Below the pieces are notes generated by a model. The model saw only the letters and a list, made by a program, of their open reading frames with translations. It did no database searches and had not been told where the DNA came from. Source: an uncultured Chitinophagaceae bacterium (GTDB lineage Bacteria > Bacteroidota > Ignavibacteria > UBA10030 > UBA8401). Taken from it: a stretch of 64,000 nt of DNA. Below, one piece after another: positions 38,082 through 44,635 of the stretch (its first letter is position 1; every line of letters starts with the position of its first letter). The position numbers were made by a program, and so were the translations under genes. The stretch is from NCBI GenBank assembly GCA_964439265.1, contig CAYTOA010000012.1, positions 11,029-75,028 on the forward strand. Direction: 5' to 3'.

Positions 38082-38807
38082 ATGGCACAGTCAAGCATTG
38101 AATGGACTGAGATGACGTGGAACCCGACAACCGGGTGTTCCAAAATCTCCGCTGGATGCAAATTTTGCTATGCCGAGATCATGTCTCGTCGGTTGCAAGG
38201 GATGGGCATTGAAAAGTATAAAGATGGATTTGCTGTAAGAATGCATCCGGACGCATTAAGGATTCCATACTCTTGGAAAACATCAAAAATTGTTTTTGTT
38301 AATTCGATGAGTGATTTATTCCATGAAAACATTCCTTTAGAGTTTATTCAACGGGTTTTTGATGTGATGAATGACAATCCGCAGCATGTTTTTCAGATAC
38401 TCACGAAAAGAGCTGAGAGACTTTTAAAGCTTCATTCAGGACTGAAATGGACGCACAATATTTGGATGGGGGTTTCCGTTGAGAACGACAAAGTGAAGCA
38501 CCGGATCGACTTATTACGGAAGACAAAGGCAAAGGTGAAATTCCTTTCCTGCGAGCCTCTTATTGGACCGCTTTACGATATGAATCTAAAGAAACTAGAT
38601 TGGGTGATTGTCGGCGGTGAAAGCGGGCATCGGCCGCGGCCAATGGAAACGGATTGGGTTTTGGATATTCAGGGGCAATGTAAAAAAGCCGATGTCGCTT
38701 TCTTTTTTAAACAATGGGGTGGAAGAAATAAAAAGAAAAATGGCAGGCTTCTTAACGGCCAGACGTATGATGAGATGCCTGAAATGATGGAATTAGAAAA
38801 GGAATAA
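38082..38807 (+). CDS. Phage Gp37/Gp68-family protein (DUF5131), three-Cys motif
   Basis: MAQSSIEWTEMTWNPTTGCSKISAGCKFCYAE (IEWT..TWNP..GC..S.GC..CYA signature), ...VFVNSMSDLFHE..., FLSCEPLIGP, WVIVGGESG, FFFKQWGG. Confidence 0.8.
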   Translation: MAQSSIEWTEMTWNPTTGCSKISAGCKFCYAEIMSRRLQGMGIEKYKDGFAVRMHPDALRIPYSWKTSKIVFVNSMSDLFHENIPLEFIQRVFDVMNDNPQHVFQILTKRAERLLKLHSGLKWTHNIWMGVSVENDKVKHRIDLLRKTKAKVKFLSCEPLIGPLYDMNLKKLDWVIVGGESGHRPRPMETDWVLDIQGQCKKADVAFFFKQWGGRNKKKNGRLLNGQTYDEMPEMMELEKE

Positions 38808-38811
38808 TTCG

Positions 38812-39294
38812 ATGAAAATATTCAGGATGCCGATTTTATCTGTTCTTACGCTTTGCCTCTTTGGTTTTCTTAGCTTTACACTGTATGCCCAGGACTCATT
38901 ACATTCCACAACAAAGGGATCAGCCGTGACAGTCTCAAACAACAATCTTCGCATCGATTATATAGAGTTTTCCGCCGTCGATATTGCAGCGGTAAGGAAT
39001 TTTTACTCGGCCGTTTTTGGTTGGCAATTTACCGACTACGGGCCCGACTACACGAGTTTCGAGGATGGCCGGATCAGCGGAGGGTTCGCGAAGGCGCCAT
39101 CGGTCTCCGGCAGCGGCGTGCTCGTGGTGATCTATTCGTCCGAACTGGAAAAAACGAAAGATGCTGTCGTTCGCAACGGCGGGAAAATAACGAAACCGCC
39201 GTTCAATTTCCCCGGCGGTTGGCGTTTTCACTTTACCGACCCGAGTGGAAATGAGCTTGCTGTATGGAGTGAGAATAACGGCGTCAAAAAATAG
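38812..39294 (+). CDS. Secreted VOC (glyoxalase/bleomycin-resistance fold) family protein
   Basis: Signal-like N-terminus MKIFRMPILSVLTLCLFGFLSFTLYAQ. IDYIEFSAVDIAAVRNFYSAVFGWQFTDYGPDY...FHFTDPSGNELAVWS. Confidence 0.7.
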   Translation: MKIFRMPILSVLTLCLFGFLSFTLYAQDSLHSTTKGSAVTVSNNNLRIDYIEFSAVDIAAVRNFYSAVFGWQFTDYGPDYTSFEDGRISGGFAKAPSVSGSGVLVVIYSSELEKTKDAVVRNGGKITKPPFNFPGGWRFHFTDPSGNELAVWSENNGVKK

Positions 39295-39410
39295 TCTCAC
39301 GCAAAGCTGCCAAGGCGCAAAATGCATTGCAAATAAAATTTGCGCGGCTTTGCGACTGGCGAAGCCATCATCCTGGGGAGTCCTTCGGACCTTCGGGAAT
39401 TGCGCGAGAC
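39294..39410. repeat. REP/MITE-like palindromic element (CGCAAAG family), copy C, most complete
   Basis: Termini GTCTCACGCAA ... TTGCGCGAGAC are inverted repeats. Internal pair CGCAAAGCTGCCAAGGCGCAAA / TTTGCGCGGCTTTGCG, plus a GTCCTTCGGAC mini-hairpin. Confidence 0.65.
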
Positions 39411-39636
39411 AAGTGTTCTTGATTTTCCAGAGGTCTACATAATAAGTATATGACTTAGTTTTTGTCTGTTTCCTTTTGTGCTTCTTCGTGTCCTTCGTGG
39501 ATCGCCCGGTAAGAAGAATGTAACGACATAGCAACAGGGTTGTTGAAATACTCAAGCCCGGTTTTGTGAAGAGCGCCGTCATGCGTTCTCTCGAAACCGG
39601 GTTTTTTGTTTGTCTTCATCTCACAAGGAGGCTGCA

Positions 39637-40560
39637 ATGATTACACTGGACCAGCAAAAAATTTTTGTGGGGATGGGGGGCTGGGATTTGCCCCCATTCC
39701 ATCAATACTTCTACCCGCCAAAGCCGAAGAAGGGGTTTCGGAAACTGGAATTCTACGGCCAGTTTTTCGACAGCGTGGAAATCAACGTCACGTTTTACAA
39801 TACGGCTCTTACGGCCGACCACGCTCGCCGCTGGCTCAGTGACGTTGCTGCGAATAGGAATTTCATGTTCACGGTAAAACTGTATCGCGGGTTCACGCAC
39901 ACTTTTGATGCGACGAACGACGACGTCCGTTCTGTCCGGCGCCTTCTTGAGCCGATTGCCGAAGCGGGAAAACTGGGAGGCATCGTGGCACAGTTTCCGC
40001 AGTCGTTCGTCAACACGTCCGAGCGTCAGCAATATCTCCGGCAGTTCAGCAGGGTCTTTTACCCGCACCGCGTGTTTGTCGAGGTGCGGCACGCTTCGTG
40101 GAATGATCCCGCCGTCTTCAACCTTTTGCAGGAGAACAACCTGCACCTTGTGAACGTCGACTTGCCGCCGGTATGGAATTCAATGCCGTTGACGTCGATG
40201 GCGTGGAATAACGTTGCCTATTTCCGGATGATGGGGAGGAATGTTAAAACGTGGAATCATCCTGAGCTGGGGGAGCGGTACGACTATTATTACAACGAGA
40301 AAGAGCTTGCCGATCTGCTGGAACGAATGAAGAAATTGCGGGGACAATCGAACACCCTTTTTGTCGTATTCCATAACGACCCGGAAGCAAACTCGCTTGT
40401 CAACGGTTTTCAGCTCCGGCATCTCGTGCGAAAGCCCCCGGTGCTTGTTCCGCGGGGAATGATCCGGGCATTCCCCGAACTCAAAGGAATCAGCTCATCG
40501 GTGAACGTGCTGCACCCCCTCTTTGCGGAAGAGGAAATTCCTGTGGTTGAACGCCGTTGA
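39637..40560 (+). CDS. DUF72 (YecE-like) protein
   Basis: IFVGMGGWDLPPFHQYFYPPKPKKGFRKLEFYGQFFDSVEINVTFY matches the DUF72 N-terminal signature. AAGGAGG sits 5 nt (CTGCA) upstream of ATG 39637. Confidence 0.8.
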   Translation: MITLDQQKIFVGMGGWDLPPFHQYFYPPKPKKGFRKLEFYGQFFDSVEINVTFYNTALTADHARRWLSDVAANRNFMFTVKLYRGFTHTFDATNDDVRSVRRLLEPIAEAGKLGGIVAQFPQSFVNTSERQQYLRQFSRVFYPHRVFVEVRHASWNDPAVFNLLQENNLHLVNVDLPPVWNSMPLTSMAWNNVAYFRMMGRNVKTWNHPELGERYDYYYNEKELADLLERMKKLRGQSNTLFVVFHNDPEANSLVNGFQLRHLVRKPPVLVPRGMIRAFPELKGISSSVNVLHPLFAEEEIPVVERR

Positions 40561-40567
40561 AACGCGT

Positions 40568-41293
40568 CTATTTTTTCTTCAGAGGCTCTACGCATTCCGG
40601 CACGTCGTTGCGGGAGGGACTGACGACGGTGGAAACGCGGTATGCTTTCATCTTTGCGGCGGGATAGGGGAGGAGGAATTTTTTGAGGGACGCGGTATCT
40701 TTGAACGCTCTGTCCAGCCACTGCTCAAAATGCTTCTCGGGGAGGATGACCGGCATGCGGTCGTGGATATCTCCCACGAGCTCATTGGGAACGGTGGTGA
40801 TGATCGTGTAGGAAGGAAATTCTTTCCCTTCGGAATCTTTCCAGACGGAAAAGAGGCCGGCAAACATGAACGGCGATTCGTCTTTCATGCGGATGCACAT
40901 CGGCTGTTTTTCGATGACCTGCCGTTCTGCGCCGCGGATCTCTTTGGTGACTGCCGTCTTTTTCCACTCATAAAATCCGTCGGCGGGAATAAGACAACGG
41001 CTTCCTTTGAAATAGGTAGTGTAGAGTTTGCTCTGGTCCAGCGTTTCCGCCTTTGCATTGAACGTTGAAAACGCGACCTTGCCGTCTTTCGACCAGTGGG
41101 GGACGAGTCCCCAGCGCATCTGTTCTGCGGCGAGAGCGTCGTTCCTGACGGCAAACACAGGCATCCGTTGAAGCGGGGAGACGTTGTACCGGGGCAATTC
41201 CTCGAAAACTTTGCCCGCGGTTTTAAGACCCTGCAGCAGTGCAAATGTCGCAAAGACTTTTTTGCCGTCGATCAGGACATAACGTCCGCACAT
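40568..41293 (-). CDS. SOS-response-associated peptidase (SRAP / YedK-like abasic-site processing protein)
   Basis: Starts MCGRYVL (catalytic Cys2), then ...RYNVSPLQRMPV..., WGLVPHWSKD, ...NAKAETL..., DGFYEWKK, ...DRMPVIL. The ATG at MCGRY is chosen over the longer track ORF. Confidence 0.85.
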   Translation of the reverse strand: MCGRYVLIDGKKVFATFALLQGLKTAGKVFEELPRYNVSPLQRMPVFAVRNDALAAEQMRWGLVPHWSKDGKVAFSTFNAKAETLDQSKLYTTYFKGSRCLIPADGFYEWKKTAVTKEIRGAERQVIEKQPMCIRMKDESPFMFAGLFSVWKDSEGKEFPSYTIITTVPNELVGDIHDRMPVILPEKHFEQWLDRAFKDTASLKKFLLPYPAAKMKAYRVSTVVSPSRNDVPECVEPLKKK

Positions 41294-41332
41294 CGTTGTT
41301 GTCTCCGTAATAGTCGAGAAGAAGTTAGAAAA

Positions 41333-42055
41333 ATGGCCCCAAAAAATCCACTGCTGGCAGTGCCAACGTCGTATCAGGCCCTGGCACGGCATTTTGCCGC
41401 ACCTGCCGGCAAGACCTATCTATTGTATGGAGACAAACCGATCTTCCTGCTCTCGCTGAAAATGGCCGCGTACGGCATCACCGGCGGCTCTTCCGTTGCC
41501 GTCGTCGACGGCTGCAACAGGTTCAACGTTCATTTCCTTTCTCAGTTTGCGCGGGAAAGGAAACTGAACATCGACGATTTTCTCCACCATATTTTCGTTT
41601 CGCGCGGCTTTACCTGTTACCAGATGGAACAGGCGATCGTTCACCGGCTCCCGTTGTTTCTCGGCACGATCCATTCGCGCACAGCGATGATCTTCGGCCT
41701 CCTCGACACGTTCTACGACCAGCAGGCATCGTTACGGGAAGTCCGGCAGATCCTCGGCCGGGTCGTCGCCGCTCTTCAGGAAATGAAATCAGACGGGATC
41801 TCCGTGCTCCTTGTGTGCAGAAAACTGAATGTGCTGCCGAAAGAACGGAACGAGTTGTTCACAACATTGCAGGCAGGCGTCGATACGATCTACCGATTGC
41901 AAGCGGATGACGCCGGGCTGAAACTTTTTCTTGAGAAAGGAGTGCTCGACGATGGGACGAACAGTGCCGACCTTCACGAACATTATCAACGACGAGATCG
42001 CAAGCTGGTCGAAGTATCGCCGCGGTCTTCGAAAAGACGACCAGGAGCTTTTTGA
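41333..42055 (+). CDS. RecA-fold protein with degenerate Walker A (ImuA/KaiC-like by layout)
   Basis: GKTYLLYGDKPIFLLSLKMAAYGITGGSSVAVVDGCNRF occupies the strand-P-loop-helix position of RecA-like proteins but lacks GxxxxGK[ST]. TAMIFGLLDTFYD resembles Walker B and ISVLLVCR resembles a following strand. ATG at 41333 is 39 bp from the SRAP start. Confidence 0.5.
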   Translation: MAPKNPLLAVPTSYQALARHFAAPAGKTYLLYGDKPIFLLSLKMAAYGITGGSSVAVVDGCNRFNVHFLSQFARERKLNIDDFLHHIFVSRGFTCYQMEQAIVHRLPLFLGTIHSRTAMIFGLLDTFYDQQASLREVRQILGRVVAALQEMKSDGISVLLVCRKLNVLPKERNELFTTLQAGVDTIYRLQADDAGLKLFLEKGVLDDGTNSADLHEHYQRRDRKLVEVSPRSSKRRPGAF

Positions 42056-42233
42056 CGATATCTTCCGCGCGGCCAAGCTGCACCTGGCGGAGAATTTTTA
42101 CGCCATGCGTTCGATCCCGTTCGAAAGCATCGCCATCTCGATCGCCGTCGAACAGCGGAAATTGATCAAGCGCCTTCACGAACGTATTCTTCAGCTGGAA
42201 GAGCGGCTCGCAGTTTCACATGACGGTCAATAA
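41952..42233 (+). CDS. Hypothetical 93-aa protein, middle gene of the PolB cassette
   Basis: MGRTVPTFTNIINDEIASWSKYRRGLRKDDQELFDDIFRAAKLHLAENFY... AAAGGAG lies 9 nt upstream of the ATG. Overlaps the preceding gene by 104 nt in another frame. Helical by composition; no family recognised. Confidence 0.5.
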   Translation: MGRTVPTFTNIINDEIASWSKYRRGLRKDDQELFDDIFRAAKLHLAENFYAMRSIPFESIAISIAVEQRKLIKRLHERILQLEERLAVSHDGQ

Positions 42234-42241
42234 GGAGCGAC

Positions 42242-44530
42242 ATGCATACCACGGTGAACGGCTGGTTGTTCGACCTGTACCCATCGCCGAAAGGCATCAC
42301 GCTGTGGCTCATCGACCGGAGCGGGACGAAACATTGTTGTTTCCGCAGGTACCGTCCGTCGTTTTTTCTCCATGTAAACGATTCCGACGCGAAGCGCGCT
42401 GCTGCGCTCGGTGCCCGCTCACCGGTCGAAGTGTCGCTGGGGCGCACGACGAAAAAGGAAATCTATTCCGGCGACCCGTGGGATGTCGTGCAGGTGTACG
42501 TTCACGATACGACGCGCTTCAAGGAAGCGGTATGGTATTTCGAGCGGTTCTTCCCTCATTTCGCGTTCTATAATTCCGACATTCTTGTTGCTCAATTATT
42601 CTTGTATGAGACGAAGCTTTTTCCGCTGGCGCTTGGTGATTACGAGATCGATGAAACGGGAGAAGTGACCGGCTGGAACATCACCGATTCCCGCGAGGCG
42701 TTGGAGTACGACCTGCCGCCGCTCTCCGTGATGTCGATCCGCAATGCGAACGACTTTGTTCCGCCCAAATACCATACGACCTTCCAGCTTGAGATCTCGT
42801 ACGACGATGCGACGTATGCACTCGAACAGCAGGACCCGGTCGAAGTGGTCGAGGCGCTCAACTGGCACCTCCATCGCTGCGACCCGGATGTGCTTCTTAC
42901 CGAGTACGGAGACTCGCAGCTGATGCCGGTGATTGCAAGGCTGTCGGAACAGCACCATATTCCGTCGCTCCTGAACCGCGACCATACCGTCGGCTACACG
43001 ACGATGAAGGAATCGAGTTTCTTCCAGTATGGAAAGGTCGTTCACAAAGACGGCGCATTCGAACTCGCAGGGCGCTGGCATATCGATGTCGATAATTCCT
43101 TTACCGTCGCAATGTCGGAACTGGACGGCCTTTTCGAGATGGCGCGCCTGACCCAGACGCCTGCGCAGCGGCAGGGGCGGGCGAGCATCGGCACGTCGAT
43201 GTCGTCGCTGCAGCTTTCATGGGCCTATCAGAACAATATCTTGATCCCGTCGAAGAAGCGTGAACCGGAAGAATTCAAGTCGGCGGCGACGCTGCTGCTC
43301 GCAGACCGGGGCGGATTGATCTTTAACCCGCCGCTCGGTTTCCACGAGGATATCGCCGAGCTTGATTTCGTTTCAATGTATCCCACGATCATGGTGGAGA
43401 AGAACGTTTCCCCGGAGACAGTGAATTGCCGATGCTGCAAGAATACAAAAGTACCGGAACTGGAATATACGATCTGCGAGAAACGGGAGGGGATCATTCC
43501 CGCAACGCTCCGCACCGTCGTCAAGAAACGGGCGTACTATAAGGCGATGAAGAAGAAATACAAAAGAAAGGACGAAGCCCTTTTTCGCCGGTACGACGCA
43601 CGGCAAAATGCCCTTAAATGGATGCTGGTGAGCTGCTTCGGATATCTCGGCTATAAGAATGCCCGTTTTGGGAGGATCGAAGCGCACGAATCGGTCAATG
43701 CATTTTCCCGCGATGCGATCCTGGCGGCAAAAGAGATCGCGGAGACGAACGGTTTTGAAATGCTTCATGCGATCATCGACTGCATGTGGCTGAAGAAAAA
43801 AGGGGCGACAGAAATGGATTACCAGGCACTCTGCCGGACGATCACGGAAAATGTCGGTATCGATATCTCAATCGAGGGGATCTATCGCTGGATACTCTTT
43901 CCGGCGTCGAAACAAGATCCGGAGATCACGACCGCGAACCGATACGTCGGATGGTATCAGACGGGAGAGATGAAAATGCGGGGCATTGAATCGCGCCGGC
44001 ATGATACGCCGAAATTTATCAAAACGATGCAATCGGCGATGCTGGAGAAGATGGGGGAGGCGCACAGGGTGGAGGAGTTGCGTGCGATGCTTCCCGATCT
44101 GCTCGAAATTGTCCGTGAATATCTTTCACTCTTGCGCAGCGGAAAGGCGAATCCGATGGAGCTTGTGCTTCGCCGTCATATTACCAAAGAGGCGGAAGAA
44201 TACACGAATAACAGCATCAGCGCCGTTGTCTCAAAGCTTGTGGAAAGCATGGGCGTCCATCTCTCTGCCGGCGAATCGATCGAGTTCATCATTCTCGATC
44301 AATCGGGCAAACAGAAGCCGGAAAAAGCAAAGCCGCTGGCGTTGTATGCATTCGAAGACGGCTACGATATCGAAACATACACCGGATTTACATTGAAGGC
44401 AGCGGCAACGCTGCTGGAACCATTTGGATATTCCTTCGAAGCGCTCGAGAAACACTTTACCATCAGTCAAAAGAAGCCCCGCAATACCGTCCGAAACGAT
44501 GAAGCCACCCTGGAACTGGAGTTCATGTGA
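42242..44530 (+). CDS. Family-B DNA polymerase with degenerate 3'-5' exonuclease motifs
   Basis: Motif A ELDFVSMYPTIM, motif B LKWMLVSCFGYLGY, motif C position MLHAIIDCMW, and KxY-like MKMRGIESRRHDTP. The N-terminus GWLFDLYPSPKGITLWLIDRSG...RPSFFLHV is like archaeal/Pol II-type PolB. The Exo I/II/III consensus residues are not found. AGGAG lies 5 nt upstream of the ATG. Confidence 0.8.
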   Translation: MHTTVNGWLFDLYPSPKGITLWLIDRSGTKHCCFRRYRPSFFLHVNDSDAKRAAALGARSPVEVSLGRTTKKEIYSGDPWDVVQVYVHDTTRFKEAVWYFERFFPHFAFYNSDILVAQLFLYETKLFPLALGDYEIDETGEVTGWNITDSREALEYDLPPLSVMSIRNANDFVPPKYHTTFQLEISYDDATYALEQQDPVEVVEALNWHLHRCDPDVLLTEYGDSQLMPVIARLSEQHHIPSLLNRDHTVGYTTMKESSFFQYGKVVHKDGAFELAGRWHIDVDNSFTVAMSELDGLFEMARLTQTPAQRQGRASIGTSMSSLQLSWAYQNNILIPSKKREPEEFKSAATLLLADRGGLIFNPPLGFHEDIAELDFVSMYPTIMVEKNVSPETVNCRCCKNTKVPELEYTICEKREGIIPATLRTVVKKRAYYKAMKKKYKRKDEALFRRYDARQNALKWMLVSCFGYLGYKNARFGRIEAHESVNAFSRDAILAAKEIAETNGFEMLHAIIDCMWLKKKGATEMDYQALCRTITENVGIDISIEGIYRWILFPASKQDPEITTANRYVGWYQTGEMKMRGIESRRHDTPKFIKTMQSAMLEKMGEAHRVEELRAMLPDLLEIVREYLSLLRSGKANPMELVLRRHITKEAEEYTNNSISAVVSKLVESMGVHLSAGESIEFIILDQSGKQKPEKAKPLALYAFEDGYDIETYTGFTLKAAATLLEPFGYSFEALEKHFTISQKKPRNTVRNDEATLELEFM

Positions 44531-44635
44531 GAATGGATTTGAAGTATGCGGGGAAAATGCGTATAATCAACTGGTGCAGGGGATCCTTAAAGCAGTATGT
44601 AGTCATCAACCGGCCAATTCGCGAAACCATTACAC

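Noticed and set aside
39455-39637. 60-aa minus-strand ORF divergent from the DUF72 gene
   Set aside because: Its C-terminus is encoded by the CTTCGTG heptamer repeat, its start overlaps the DUF72 SD/ATG, and it has no SD of its own. It is probably spurious, though not excluded.
39622-39640. 16-nt identity AAGGAGGCTGCAATGA shared by the translation starts of the DUF72 gene (39622-39640) and the 71-aa ORF (60983-61001)
   Set aside because: Ten of the 16 positions are the functionally constrained SD and ATG. Given the number of SD-bearing genes in the window, the remaining 6-nt match is within chance expectation.
41096-41332. N-terminal 79-codon extension of the RecA-fold ORF in the track
   Set aside because: The extension overlaps the SRAP coding region on the opposite strand and has shadow-ORF composition. 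ATG 41333, just outside SRAP, was preferred.
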